64,000 nt of DNA from an uncultured virus (IMG/VR IMGVR_UViG_3300032167_000100) (IMGVR_UViG_3300032167_000100); one strand, 5' to 3'. Shown: positions 30,578-42,102, numbered from the stretch's first letter. The notes: a model not told the origin generated them from the sequence alone. A program made the numbers and translations.

Positions 30578-32701
30578 TTAGTCGTTAATAAACAATCTGT
30601 CGTAAGGAGATACACCGTTCTTTGTATAAGTAGAAGGTGTTCTCAACTGCTGATGAATTCTCTCAAAAGTGAATCCAGCAATAACAGAATTGTTTGTCAA
30701 GATGCTATTATGAATACTAATGAACATCGGTTCAATATTAGACTTAGAATAATCAGGAAGAGAAGTAGGATTATTCTTATCTCTTATGAGATTCCTTGCA
30801 ATAATCTCTACATGAACAGACTCAGTAAAGATACCACCCTCCCTCATGAGACGATTAAGTTTGTTGATAAGCTCAGAGATATCAGTTACTCCTTCAATCT
30901 CTTTACCCTTCTCAATCATAGACTTAAGTTCCTTCAGAGGACGGGTGATTTCATTGTTCGTCAACATAGCAAAGAACAAATCATCTTCAGGATCCCAATC
31001 CGACAGAGGAATTTCCATCCAACCATGTTCATCGTATCTCTTTCTGAGACGAAGATCATTAATCTTATCAAACATGGCATCTGCAAGATAGATCTTATCA
31101 CCGTTATTCTCAGCGATCTCAACAGTGGTTTCGTTCTCGGTATCGTAAAGCTCGAACTCGGTAATATATTCATTACGGTAGTTATTCATTTCTTCACGAT
31201 CCTTGCAAATCGTATTGAGATTGATTCGAAGAATGTAGTTACCTACAGTTTCTTCTTCCTCGTTAAGAGTAACTCTAAAACCATCCACAATACTAAAAGG
31301 TACGTAGAATTCATCATTAAATGCGAATGCTGCCGTACTAGTATTCAGTATGTGTTTTGCCGACATGGTATTCTGATAGAATCTTTCTGTAAGCTTTAGA
31401 CCACTGTTTATACCAACGTTAATACCAACGTTCTGGGAATAAAGGTGACCATAACAAACAGGACATATTCCATTCTTACCAACACAAGTCGCAGGTGTTC
31501 TGAATTTGAGAGTCTTTCCGATCAGTTCGAGATCTTTAGATAACAGCTGGGTGAGATGGTCGCCATCTACATACCATCTACCATTCATATTTTCAAGATC
31601 CTTCTTACTCTCGATAGTTCTCACATAATAATGACGAGAACCACAATCATAATCAGGATCAGGATTAAGAATGATATCTGCTGCAGACTTACAGAGTGTT
31701 CTCTGAAGATACCCAGAGTCATCGATCTGAAGTGCAAGGTTTGATGCCTTACGACCACCAGATGCATCAGTTACATAGTCAACAGGGTCACGAAGACCAT
31801 TTGATACAAAGTTAGTACTCGGATGAGTATTAAGCGTTCTACCTTCAAGGTCCGGCTTGTAACTGATATTAACGGCAAACTCTTTCAATTGCTTAGGGTT
31901 TGCCTGCCCAGCTTCGAGAAGAGGTCTGATCTGGTTATCGGGTTCCTCATTCATCATGATTTCCTGGAATCTCTTAGACTTGGCATTCAGCATTGCTTCA
32001 CCTTCAGCAATTGCCATATCTTGAGGAACTACCGTATGGTTGATTTCCTTCAACTCAGGATTATCATTCCATCTCTTAAGAAGATCATAAAGAGAGAATG
32101 ACAAACCAAAATAAAGTGCCGTCTTCTCGGAGATCAGAATGAAGAGATCATACATTCTTGCGAAGATATGAGACATCTCATTCATTGTGGTAAGATGCTT
32201 ATACGGTTCGATGATATGATCATTCACATAAGATACATAGCTCTTATTAGTGAATGACTTAGGCATGAATAACTTATCCGGTGTAACTGCAATGCCGAGA
32301 GTAAAGTAAGGCATCCACACAATCATATTAAAGAGAAAGTGGATACAACTCATTCTTGCAACTTCACCACTCGTATAGCGGTATTCATAGTACCCATCTG
32401 GGTTCTGCATATCATGCTTCATTCCACGGATGAGTGCCATGACATCGAAGTAGTATGCATCCGGATCATTGTAATAGAGCATAAGATCGAATATCTTATG
32501 TGAAGTTCCGATAATTGCAAAGCCGTCCTTATCTTCCTTAAACTTGAATTTCTTCTTGAGTTTCTCATAGGAGAATTTAGAGAATTCTTTGAGATCAAGA
32601 CGGTCGCGATAATTCTCATACGTGCTTACCCATCGGTCTATGTCCGCAGCATAGCTATCCTTGATAGGTAAAATGAATGTTCTGTTGACATCTTTAATCA
32701 T
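30578..32701 (-). CDS. multisubunit RNA polymerase beta-prime subunit, C-terminal half (non-virion RNAP type)
   Basis: Bridge-helix SGYLQR, DCGS, RTPATC...ICPVCYG zinc site, trigger-loop QNTMSAKH, VHVEIIAR; no NADFDGD, so split. Confidence 0.88.
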   Translation of the reverse strand: MIKDVNRTFILPIKDSYAADIDRWVSTYENYRDRLDLKEFSKFSYEKLKKKFKFKEDKDGFAIIGTSHKIFDLMLYYNDPDAYYFDVMALIRGMKHDMQNPDGYYEYRYTSGEVARMSCIHFLFNMIVWMPYFTLGIAVTPDKLFMPKSFTNKSYVSYVNDHIIEPYKHLTTMNEMSHIFARMYDLFILISEKTALYFGLSFSLYDLLKRWNDNPELKEINHTVVPQDMAIAEGEAMLNAKSKRFQEIMMNEEPDNQIRPLLEAGQANPKQLKEFAVNISYKPDLEGRTLNTHPSTNFVSNGLRDPVDYVTDASGGRKASNLALQIDDSGYLQRTLCKSAADIILNPDPDYDCGSRHYYVRTIESKKDLENMNGRWYVDGDHLTQLLSKDLELIGKTLKFRTPATCVGKNGICPVCYGHLYSQNVGINVGINSGLKLTERFYQNTMSAKHILNTSTAAFAFNDEFYVPFSIVDGFRVTLNEEEETVGNYILRINLNTICKDREEMNNYRNEYITEFELYDTENETTVEIAENNGDKIYLADAMFDKINDLRLRKRYDEHGWMEIPLSDWDPEDDLFFAMLTNNEITRPLKELKSMIEKGKEIEGVTDISELINKLNRLMREGGIFTESVHVEIIARNLIRDKNNPTSLPDYSKSNIEPMFISIHNSILTNNSVIAGFTFERIHQQLRTPSTYTKNGVSPYDRLFIND

Positions 32702-33686
32702 TGCCCTGTTTCCTTTCGTATTTCATATTTGCTCCATTACCTTTACGAAGATGTAAAAGTTGACGTGGGTCAGATGTCCTTCTACCCACATACATATTTG
32801 TGGTCTCTACATACTTGAATACATAAGTACCATAAATATTCTCATAAAATGAATTGGTGATTAACTTATGATCATTGATAGAAAGTACACCAATTCCTCC
32901 TTGTCCAGAATCATGGACTTGGAACTTTTCACACGCCGAAATAGATCCAATATCAACCGATAGAATCAACTGATCCTGTTGAGATCCGATAGATATATAA
33001 AGATCTTCCGGTGGCATTTGTGACGGATTTGTATCATCCTCTCCGAATTCATCATAAGGAACTCTCTTACGCTCCTTATAATACTCTGTAGCCGCATCTC
33101 TCTGAAACTCGAGGAGACTCTTCATATGGTTAACAAACTGCGCTGAGAATGCAGTGGCATCTTTATTGATTACCATCACCATATTATTCACATGAAGCAT
33201 TTTGATTCCAGCCTTCGGATCAACACCCTTAAGAGATACAGGATATGCATCTTTAATCTTATCAGAATTGGGTGTCTGTGCATCAATATTGTCGACCACA
33301 TTGTTCCAAATGGGTTCAACTTCCTCTCTACGTTTGTTAATTCCGGTGTTAATGGCTGCCACCATTTTATTGCGGAATTCCTCATCACTGTAGAAAATAT
33401 CGGGACCCATCTCTTTGATAAATTGGGTTCCTACCGATGCAATATCCACCGTTGCTACAGATAGATTCGTCACCAATACCAAGAACTGATTCTTCTCGTC
33501 GTGATTGAGTTTCTTGTACGATGACTTAATATTCTCCCACAATTTCCGATGATTTCTACTCAACGGATAATCATGTAGAATGCTTTCGAGTTCCTCAAGG
33601 AAGTCATGTTCATCCACATCTCCCTGGAACTCATTTTCACTGGTAACCTGTTCAACTTCGTTCATAGGTTCTTGCATTCCAGTCAT
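32694..33686 (-). CDS. hypothetical protein
   Basis: GGAGG before ATG 33686; overlaps the RNAP start. Confidence 0.75.
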   Translation of the reverse strand: MTGMQEPMNEVEQVTSENEFQGDVDEHDFLEELESILHDYPLSRNHRKLWENIKSSYKKLNHDEKNQFLVLVTNLSVATVDIASVGTQFIKEMGPDIFYSDEEFRNKMVAAINTGINKRREEVEPIWNNVVDNIDAQTPNSDKIKDAYPVSLKGVDPKAGIKMLHVNNMVMVINKDATAFSAQFVNHMKSLLEFQRDAATEYYKERKRVPYDEFGEDDTNPSQMPPEDLYISIGSQQDQLILSVDIGSISACEKFQVHDSGQGGIGVLSINDHKLITNSFYENIYGTYVFKYVETTNMYVGRRTSDPRQLLHLRKGNGANMKYERKQGND

Positions 33687-33773
33687 ATATTTACCTCCAT
33701 TCATTATGTACAATATTCAAACTCTTACTAATTTATACATTATAGTATTGATAAGTATTAGTAAGAGGACAAA

Positions 33774-33808
33774 ATAAACTCATACCCGAAACTTGGGTAT
33801 GAGTTATT
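33774..33808. terminator. 14-bp hairpin
   Basis: AATAACTCATACCC...GGGTATGAGTTATT. Confidence 0.7.
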
Positions 33809-33850
33809 CATATCTATAATGTATAGTTTTCAAAGTAAATAATATTTCGA

Positions 33851-34300
33851 TTATTTACAACAGCCTTCGGACTTAGCGTCCGTTGTCTGTGCAAGAGCAT
33901 CCTGGATTCTTGCATTGTCTGCGAGCTTAGCCTTCTGTGCTTCGACACGCTCTTTTGCTGTGTTGCCAAAGGTTGTCTGCATTCTCTTGTAATATGCTTT
34001 TTCTGCGAGCTTAGCCTTCATATACATCTCATAGTCTTTGCTTCCAGCTTCTTTAGCACATGCAAGTACTGCAGCGATCTCGGCATGATCACAGCTATTC
34101 GGAATGGTTGCACACTCATGGAGCAGCCCATCTCTCTGCCCATATGCACCAAGCTTCGAATAGAATTCGTTAAGAGCTCTCTCGCTTCCAACTGTATCTA
34201 AAATGATAGCTTCATTGATGGTCAGATCATGCTCAGCACACTGATCAACATGAATAGCTTTGGATTCGGGTTTAAAAAGCTTCTTCAAAAATTTATCCAT
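33851..34300 (-). CDS. hypothetical protein, possibly virion-associated
   Basis: 149-aa ORF with GAGGAGG RBS. Confidence 0.7.
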   Translation of the reverse strand: MDKFLKKLFKPESKAIHVDQCAEHDLTINEAIILDTVGSERALNEFYSKLGAYGQRDGLLHECATIPNSCDHAEIAAVLACAKEAGSKDYEMYMKAKLAEKAYYKRMQTTFGNTAKERVEAQKAKLADNARIQDALAQTTDAKSEGCCK

Positions 34301-34439
34301 GACCAGATAAACCTCCTCTTATATTCTTAGTGTATTTTCATAAAATAATATTTATCAAAGTCTTATTTATAGAATGTTCCAAAATCATTAGTATTTAAAC
34401 ATTCGAATACTCAAAAAATCTCTAAAGAAAGGAGTAAAT

Positions 34440-35864
34440 ATGTCCTTATTTAGAAGTCGTTGGGTTGATGAAATGGTTCAGAATCTTAAATTGGTAGATC
34501 CATTGCTTAATGAAAATGAAGCAAAAACATTTGCCGAGGAAGAGTATGATAAGCATTTCAAAGACCCAAAAGCAATCATCTATAATAACTATGAAAGGGA
34601 GCAGATAAATACTTCACTTTCAAAAGTATACGATTGGATCGAAACAAAGAAACCAATCGTTACTGAGTCTGGTTCACTGTTTAAACAGCATAGTCAGTGC
34701 TACAACCCTGATATTGTGATTCTTAGTAAGCTTCTTAGTGACCGTAAGATTGCAAAGAAAGCAATGTTTAAGTTCAAAGAAGCAGCGAAGGCAGCAGTAG
34801 ATCCGACTCAACGTCTGGAACTGTTAGATCAAAGTGCACGATCTAATCTGAAGCAGAAGCGACTCAAAGTAATCGCCAACTCAGAGTACGGTGTATCAGG
34901 TCTATCATCGTCCCAGCAGTTCAATATGGCTTGTGCATCAGCTACTACAGCTCGTGGACAGGCACTAATTTCATGTGCAGAAACTGCATTTGAAGACTTC
35001 TTGGCAGACAATGTACTCTTTAATAACATGGATGAATGTATGCGTTTTATTAAAGATATCATTGAAGAAAAGAGCGAGAGAAAGTTCAATGATGCAACTT
35101 GGGTAAGGTCAAAAACTGTCGACCAGGTAGTGGACAGATTAACCCATAAATTCATAGAGCCGGATACGGCGGACACTGAATTAATCAGAGAGATCCTATC
35201 TCACATTAACCAAGAAGACCTTAATCGAATTTACTACAAATCGAACCTTGAAGAGTTCTTTAGAAATTCGAATAAAGCCTCCAATCTACTTCGAACAGTA
35301 GTTGCTTCTCATAAAGAATATCTGGATCCTACAAAGCCTCCTAAAGACTTTGAACCAGAGCTTGCAAAAATGAAAGCAGCTGTGTTGGAGTACGTTCATT
35401 ACAATCATCCCACAACCGACAGAGTATATCGCTTGAAAGCTCACATGCGTAAGAGAGTAATCGTAATTGATACTGATAGTAACTTCCTTAACCTTGGAGT
35501 CTGGTATGACTTTGTAATGAATGAAATTCTTGGAGAGTATAAGAATATAAAGAAAGCTCGTAAAGGATATGTCAATATTGGTGCACGTAACTATAATGAT
35601 TCGTACGAACACGAAGTATCTCAGCAGAGAATATTCCGTATCGTTAACTCGATGATTTATATTATCACCGATATGATCGATCTGACTCTTCAGAAGTTTA
35701 TGGTACGATGCAATCTTGAAGATATGTCTCGTAACATGGCGAACATGAAGAATGAGTTCCTATATGATACAATTCTCATTACTGATGCTAAGAAGCACTA
35801 TCAGGGTGCTGTGCGTCTACAGGAGGGTCACTTGAATAAGGTACCTGAATTAGACGTAAAGGGT
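34440..35864 (+). CDS. family B DNA polymerase (split jumbo-phage type), exon 1
   Basis: KVIANSEYG, IDTDS, KKHY, ends DVKG; AACA-N6-TA at 34398-34409. Confidence 0.88.
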
Positions 35865-36149
35865 AGACTTATGCCCCTACATATGGTGACATATGTAGCA
35901 AATCTATTTAATTGCTGGAAGAGCTTAGCGGCTTAATCAGCAGCCAAGCCTCGAAAGAGGAAGGTTCAACGACTATCCCTTGGCGGTGGAATTCCGCAAT
36001 AGGAGTAGGACCCAAGTGGGTGGGTGAGAATCCCTTAAATCGAAATGGTAGACATCTAGAAATAGATGGTGATATAGTCTCAACTTCTGAGGTAACTCAG
36101 AGAAGTTCTTTAAGAACTGCATAGTCTAACGAACTATGTGAAGGTAATG
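35865..36149 (+). mobile_element. group I intron without ORF in the DNA polymerase gene
   Basis: Exon ends in U, P1 GGGU/GCCC; core AATTGCTGGAA, AATCAGCAG, TCAACGACTA, GATATAGTC; ends in G; removal gives in-frame DVKG-MEYTKAS. Confidence 0.9.
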
Positions 36150-36800
36150 ATGGAATATACTAAGGCATCAATGGCAGGTAAGCAAACACGTGATTACATT
36201 AAGAACCTTGTGTTTAATGATATCCTGTTGGCTAGAGATATGAAACCGGATATTTCGGTTATTATCAATAAACTGCGAGCATTTGAGAAGAGTATCAAAA
36301 AGTCAATTATGGATGGAGAATATACATACTTCAAAACCGCTAATATCAAGACGGGTGATGCGTATGATTCTCCGTTAACAATAGGTACCTATAAGGCTGC
36401 CTATGTCTGGAACTATCTGTGTCCAGACAATGAGATTGAGCTACCTGGTGTAGCTTATATCGCAAAGGTTGATATTAAGAAAGTTAAAGACGTTGCTCAC
36501 TTATCAACCACATTCCCTGTAATTTATCAGAGATTCCAAGATCTCTTCAATCTTGATATTCAGGTTGTTGATCGTAAGACTGGTGAAAAGAGAGTTAAGA
36601 AATTCGGAGATGCAGGAATTACTAATATAGCAATTCCTCTTGACTGTAAGGTCCCCGAGTGGCTTAAGCCTCTTATCGATACTACAGAGATTATCGAAAA
36701 TAATACCAGATTGATCTTGTCGAATCTAAATGCACTTGGTGTAAAAACAGTTTACAAGACCAAGGGCTCACAGTTCGTTTCGAACATTGTGGAAGTTTAA
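36150..36800 (+). CDS. family B DNA polymerase, exon 2 (thumb region)
   Basis: In-frame continuation after splicing; about 691 aa in total. Confidence 0.85.
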   Translation: MEYTKASMAGKQTRDYIKNLVFNDILLARDMKPDISVIINKLRAFEKSIKKSIMDGEYTYFKTANIKTGDAYDSPLTIGTYKAAYVWNYLCPDNEIELPGVAYIAKVDIKKVKDVAHLSTTFPVIYQRFQDLFNLDIQVVDRKTGEKRVKKFGDAGITNIAIPLDCKVPEWLKPLIDTTEIIENNTRLILSNLNALGVKTVYKTKGSQFVSNIVEV

Positions 36801-36857
36801 CTTTTATCATACTGGAGGAGAGTCAAATCTCCTCCAATAATTTCCTAAGGAGAAGAT

Positions 36858-37169
36858 ATGATACATTATGAAAAGGTAGTCTATATCTCACATCCTTATG
36901 GTGGTAGAGATTCTAATAAACAAGATATCGAGAATACAATCCTACGACTGAATAAACTATATCCTACTTATCTATTTCTGTCTCCGGTCAATACATTCGG
37001 GTTTGAATACTATGAATGTAGTTATGAAGATGGAATTAAGAAATGCCTCTGGCTTCTTGACAGATGTGATGAGATGTGGGTATTCGGTGATGATTATGAG
37101 CAATTACGAGGATGTATGACCGAAATTCAATATTGTCGTGACAACAATATTCCGTATGTTATCAAATGA
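36858..37169 (+). CDS. nucleoside 2-deoxyribosyltransferase-like small protein
   Basis: VYISHPYGG, LSP, LLDRCDEMWVFG, GCMTE. Confidence 0.65.
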   Translation: MIHYEKVVYISHPYGGRDSNKQDIENTILRLNKLYPTYLFLSPVNTFGFEYYECSYEDGIKKCLWLLDRCDEMWVFGDDYEQLRGCMTEIQYCRDNNIPYVIK

Positions 37170-37181
37170 GGTATTGCAATA

Positions 37182-37394
37182 ATGAAAATTAAAGTATATA
37201 CAATTGATTGCATTAAATGCAAAATCCTTGAAGACAAACTCAAGGCTAAGGGCATTGACTATGAGCGTGTAACTGACACTGCTCAGATGACTGCTGACGG
37301 CGTAGATATCGATGCTCCATTTCCGTTCATGAAAGTGGATGATGGAGAAATCCTCGGATATGGTGCAGCTGTAAAATTTGTAAATTCGCTTTGA
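37182..37394 (+). CDS. glutaredoxin/NrdH-like redoxin
   Basis: VYT..CIKC, 70 aa, directly upstream of nrdD. Confidence 0.8.
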   Translation: MKIKVYTIDCIKCKILEDKLKAKGIDYERVTDTAQMTADGVDIDAPFPFMKVDDGEILGYGAAVKFVNSL

Positions 37395-37409
37395 TAGGAG
37401 AATAAGAAT

Positions 37410-39146
37410 ATGTCAGATGTAGTCAACAGCGGAGTAGTTAAAACTCCCGATGCTATTTTAAAAGAAACCGCCGATTATCAGATCAACATTCCCTTTATGA
37501 AATCCTTCGTGGATACTTTCGTTGGTCTGAAAAAGAAATACGGCGAAAACCTTGCTACCCTTAACGGTCTTTCCGATAAGCAGCTTGGTTATACTCCTTT
37601 TATCGACAACTTCATCGATAAGAATACTACTGCAGATGCATCTATCGATGGTTCTGCAAACGTCTCGAATAAAGATATCGTAACTCTTGAAAGCGAGATG
37701 AGAAAGCCCCACAGTAAACTGATTGGCTTTAACAAAATCTACTACGAACTGGCTAAACAGTTCGGTTTAAAGGATGCTGATGCTTGGTTGCTCGGCGAGT
37801 GGATCGGTGACTATTATCTCCATGATGCTCACAACGCAACATTCAAATCCTACTGCTATAAGGGTGAGGAAATGCTGACCGTTAAATATAACGGAAAAGT
37901 TTATAATACAACATTTGCTGATCTTTATGAGCTTGTGGATGAAAAAGAAAGTTATGATGAAAGCATCAAGCAAAATGCTAAATTCCCAAGCGATCTGTAT
38001 GTATTGGATCTTGAGGATAAGAAAGAAGTATTCACAAAAGTTACACGTCTTGTAAAGCATACCAATAAACGTAAAATGCGTTTCATTAAGTATGCAAATG
38101 GTCTCAGCCAAATCGTAACTGACGACCATCCGATCATCACTAAAGATGGTGAAGTTCCGGCAAAGCATATAACAAAGGATCACAAGGTATACACAATCGC
38201 ACCTACGTATTTTACAAATACGATAAAAGAAATTGAGGTCGCTGATCGTCGATTCAAAATGTCGAGAAAATTTGGTTGGTTAGTCGGTCTCTGTCTCACT
38301 GAAGGAACTGCTATTCCCAGTAATATCTATGTGTCTCAGACATATAAGAGTCCGGTATGGCAGAAACTCGTAGATTTGCTCGACGAGTTCGATATTCCTT
38401 ATAAGCTGAAGTTTGTACATCCTGATGATGAATCGCCCAGAATTGTAAACCTGTTGGCTTCTCCGTTCCAGAAGTTCTTATCTAAGATTATGCTCGGTCA
38501 TACTTCGGAAGATTATCATCTTCCTCCCGAGTATATTCATTATAGTTATAAGTTCCTCGATGGTTTTGTTGCAGGTGTCATCGATGGTGATGGAACACTC
38601 GATGGTTATAAATCGAGACATTGTCAGATCAGAATTGCGTCTCAGCCGCTCGTTAACCAAATAACGAACTATCTCCGATTCCAAGGAATCTTTTGCTCGG
38701 CAAGAACGCCGCATAGATACTATTCAGAGAAGAGTTATGCTCAAAATCTTCTTTTGTATGGAGCATGCTTCACTCTTACAGATGAAGATTATTTCTCGAG
38801 CATTGGAAGCTATAAAATTGAAACGAAATATATTCCTAAAATTCGCAAAAAGGGAGATTTCAAAACCAAAGGTTATGAATACAAATATGGTTGGGTATCA
38901 ATCTTAGATAACTCTGAGTTTATTGATAAGTGTAATATTGTATATGATATTACTACCGAAACCGGTCATTTCCTCTGTAACAACATTTTGTCTCATAACT
39001 GTTTTGCTTACTCTCTTAAGCAGTTGGTAGAGAAAGGTCTTTATTGGATTAAGACTTTCAATAATCAGCCTCCTAAACATCTTTGTACTTTCACTGACTT
39101 CGTTGGTGAATTTATCTCTTATAACTGTAACAGAACTTCCGGAGCT
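37410..39146 (+). CDS. nrdD: anaerobic (class III) ribonucleotide reductase, exon 1, containing an intein
   Basis: YLHD, SY/CFAY around the intein, PKHL, ends NRTSGA. Confidence 0.9.
37854..38999 (+). mobile_element. intein (382 aa) with LAGLIDADG-type endonuclease
   Basis: Starts CYKGE; block B VTDDHP; LVGLCLTEG and FVAGVIDGDG; ends VYDITT...SHN before Cys. Confidence 0.93.
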
Positions 39147-39401
39147 AAACATTGACCGATGGCTCCTTTGGATGGTAACATCCTCAAAATAAACAATGTG
39201 AACCAGTACTTGCTGGGTGTCAGAAAAATCTGGCTAACGGTAGAAGCTCATATGTAATACCGTGCCAAGCTTACTATGTAAGAAGGTGTAACGACTATCC
39301 CGAAAGGGAGTAGGTTTTAGGTGAAATTCCTAATTCCCAAGTGCATTGCTCCTATGCAATCATAGGATGAAGATATAGTCTATTATATGCTATTAATATA
39401 G
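39147..39401 (+). mobile_element. group I intron 1 of nrdD, no ORF
   Basis: P1 GGAGCU/GGCUCC; AATACCGTG, TAACGACTA, GATATAGTC; ends in G; splicing gives RTSGA-VGLP. Confidence 0.9.
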
Positions 39402-39564
39402 GTCGGTCTCCCGAGCTTCTTGGTATATTCGTTCTATTTCTGGAAGAAAGACGTAGAAAATGGATACTACCTTGTAAGCCCCGAATATTACCGTGATCAA
39501 TCGTTCCAAGAAATCATCTATCGAATTAACGAGCCTTTCTTGAGAGACTCGATTCAAAGTGCGT
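39402..39564 (+). CDS. nrdD: nrdD exon 2 (163 nt, absent from the ORF track)
   Basis: VGLPSFLVYSFYFWKKD...INEPFLRDSIQSA. Confidence 0.9.
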
Positions 39565-39846
39565 AAACTTGTTGCGCCTATACACAGTGATGTGTATAGC
39601 AAACTAGGTTAATTGCTGGAAGGGTCAATGACCTAATCAGCAGCGAAGCTCCGTAAGGAGAACGTTCAACGACTATTCCTCGGACCTGAAATGGTCAATA
39701 GAAGTACGGCTCAAGTGAGTGGGTGAGATCCCCTTAAATGGAAATGCCTAGGATCTGGAAACAGATCGTGATATAGTCTCAACTTCTATAGTAATATAGA
39801 GCAGTCTAATGACGATGTAGATTAACGACCTACATGAAGATATTTG
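39565..39846 (+). mobile_element. group I intron 2 of nrdD, no ORF
   Basis: P1 GCGU/GCGC; same core motifs as the polymerase intron; ends in G; splicing gives QSAFTNF. Confidence 0.9.
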
Positions 39847-41120
39847 TTACAAATTTCACTATTTTCGATAGATACTACTTTGAGGCACTTTTCGGTGCAG
39901 ATCAGTATCCCGACGGAACTTACATCATTGACTACGAAGACGAGTTTATGGAATACCAGAAGAGATTTATGGAAGTCGTTTCTGCTATCCGTGAAGAGAA
40001 CATGATGACATATCCTGTTCTGTCTTACGCTCTTCTTAAGAAAAAGAATCCCAAGCATGCTCTCGATATGTTCGAAGATGCTGAGTTTGCAAGATGGTGT
40101 TCTGACCATAACTGCAACTGGACGGATTCCAACTTCTTCTCCGACACTGAAGTTACGAGTCTTTCTAATTGCTGCCGTCTGAAGAGTGACATTACTGATC
40201 CTTACTTCAACTCCATTGGCGGAACTGCACTTTCTGTTGGTTCCGTTAAGGTAAATACAATCAACCTCGCAAGAATTTCTTATGAGTGTGCTACTCCTGA
40301 AGAATATCTTGTTAAGCTTAAAGAAAAGACAATCATTTGTCTTAAGACCCTCCACGTGGTACGTCATATCATTCAGCGTAATGTAGATAAGGGACTTCTC
40401 CCGAACTACACTCTCAAGAATATTGATATTAAGAGCCAATACTCCACGATCGGCATTAATGGACTGTATGAAGCTATCCAGAAATACGGTTTCGTTGAGA
40501 AAGATGAATTTGGCTATTGTACCTATACGGAAGAAGGCATTAAGTTCGCTACAGATATCATGGAAGTACTTAAGAGCACTAAGGCAGAATTTGGTTCCGA
40601 TAAGGATTACATGATCAATATCGAGCAGATTCCTGGTGAGAAGGCTGCTTCTGTTCTCATGGCTAAGGACCAGATGTTCTTCCCCAACGAGAGATACGAA
40701 CTTCCTCTCTATGGAAACCAGTGGATTCCTCTTGGTGTTAAGACTACTATCGAAGAGAAGATCAGAGTATCTGCTATCCTCGACGAAGCTTGTTCCGGTG
40801 GATCCATTGCACATATCAATATCGAAGCACCTTTCGCAGATAAAGAGGAAGCATGGAAGGCACTTAACTATGTTGTAGGAAAGGGTGTAACCTACTTTGC
40901 ATTCACATCTAAGATCTGCACTTGTACTGACAACCATTCGTTCTTTGGAACTGTATGTCCTAAGTGTGGTGGTAAAGTTGCTACGAAGTGGCGTAGAATA
41001 GTTGGTTTCTATGTTCCTGAAATCACTTATTCAACTCCCCGTAAAGCTGAGGCTGATCTTCGTACAGACTTTGATCCCAAGGAATGGGAAGATGTCTTAG
41101 CTGGAGATGACTTCGTATGA
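39847..41120 (+). CDS. nrdD: nrdD exon 3
   Basis: TYPV, SNCCRL, TINL, EQIPGE, SGGSI, zinc ribbon, glycyl-radical loop RRIVGFY. Confidence 0.92.
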
Positions 41121-41608
41121 GTCAAAACTTTATAAACCTTGTCAACTTCATGGATGAGGATTTTGTGAACTATAAGAAATGCTCAATGTTCCTTGGCTTC
41201 TCAAAATGCAGCTTCAAATGCTGTATAGAAGCCGGTTGTAATATCTGTCAAAACTCAGAACTCGCAAATGCTCCAGTAATGCAAGTATCCATCTCAAACT
41301 TGTATGAACGATATAAAAAGAATGGTCTCAGTGAGGCTATAGTTTGTGGAGGTCTTGAACCTTTTGATACTTATGACGAACTTCTAGAACTTGTGAAGTA
41401 TTTCCGTTCACATGGTTGTAATGATGAATTTGTAATCTATACAGGTTACAACAAGGATGAGATAGCTTCCTACATCTCTGAACTATCTGACTATCCCAAT
41501 ATCATCATTAAGTTTGGTCGGTTTATTCCTGATCAAATGCCAAGAAAAGATTCAATCCTTGGGGTTGAGTTAGCATCCCCAAATCAATATGCTGAAGTAA
41601 TCTCTTGA
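41117..41608 (+). CDS. nrdG: anaerobic RNR activating enzyme (radical SAM)
   Basis: CSFKC...CQN, GGLEPF, IYTGY, KFGRF, ASPNQ. Confidence 0.88.
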   Translation: MSQNFINLVNFMDEDFVNYKKCSMFLGFSKCSFKCCIEAGCNICQNSELANAPVMQVSISNLYERYKKNGLSEAIVCGGLEPFDTYDELLELVKYFRSHGCNDEFVIYTGYNKDEIASYISELSDYPNIIIKFGRFIPDQMPRKDSILGVELASPNQYAEVIS

Positions 41609-41630
41609 GAGATTTCTAAGCAATAAGTTT

Positions 41631-41664
41631 TCTCCCGTAGGTGTAAGCCTACGGGAGATTTTTT
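41631..41664 (+). terminator. intrinsic terminator
   Basis: TCTCCCGTAGG...CCTACGGGAGA plus T tract. Confidence 0.85.
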
Positions 41665-41681
41665 GTTATTCAAGGAGAAAT

Positions 41682-42089
41682 ATGAGATTTAGAACGTGTA
41701 TCATCACACAAGATCAAAAAGCATTTGAAAGAGAGATTGAATTCATGAAACGATCACAACCTCAAACTTCAACAAAACCTCATAACGATAACGGTAAATC
41801 CAAAAAGCATTATTTCCCTAAAGATTCATCAATCAAACAGAAATATCGTGACACAATTGAATTGATTGAACTTATCGGAAATGATGATACATTATCCGGT
41901 GTAGAGAATATGCATGTTGTCACATATGCACCCAATATGGGATATCGTACATGGATATTCAAATATAAGAAGGCATATGTTGCCTTATTCGATGATGGTA
42001 ATGGTCATTATTCATACTTTACCATGGTATCAAGATTACAGGTAATCTGGGCAAAAAATTGTGTCGCATTTCAAACAAGAATTAGATAA
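41682..42089 (+). CDS. hypothetical protein
   Basis: AAGGAG RBS, 135 aa. Confidence 0.7.
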   Translation: MRFRTCIITQDQKAFEREIEFMKRSQPQTSTKPHNDNGKSKKHYFPKDSSIKQKYRDTIELIELIGNDDTLSGVENMHVVTYAPNMGYRTWIFKYKKAYVALFDDGNGHYSYFTMVSRLQVIWAKNCVAFQTRIR

Positions 42090-42102
42090 GGAGAATAAAA
42101 TC

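Noticed and set aside
34440..41120. Pseudogenes or frameshifts in the DNA polymerase and nrdD
   Set aside because: The breaks are fully explained by group I introns whose removal restores frame and conserved motifs.
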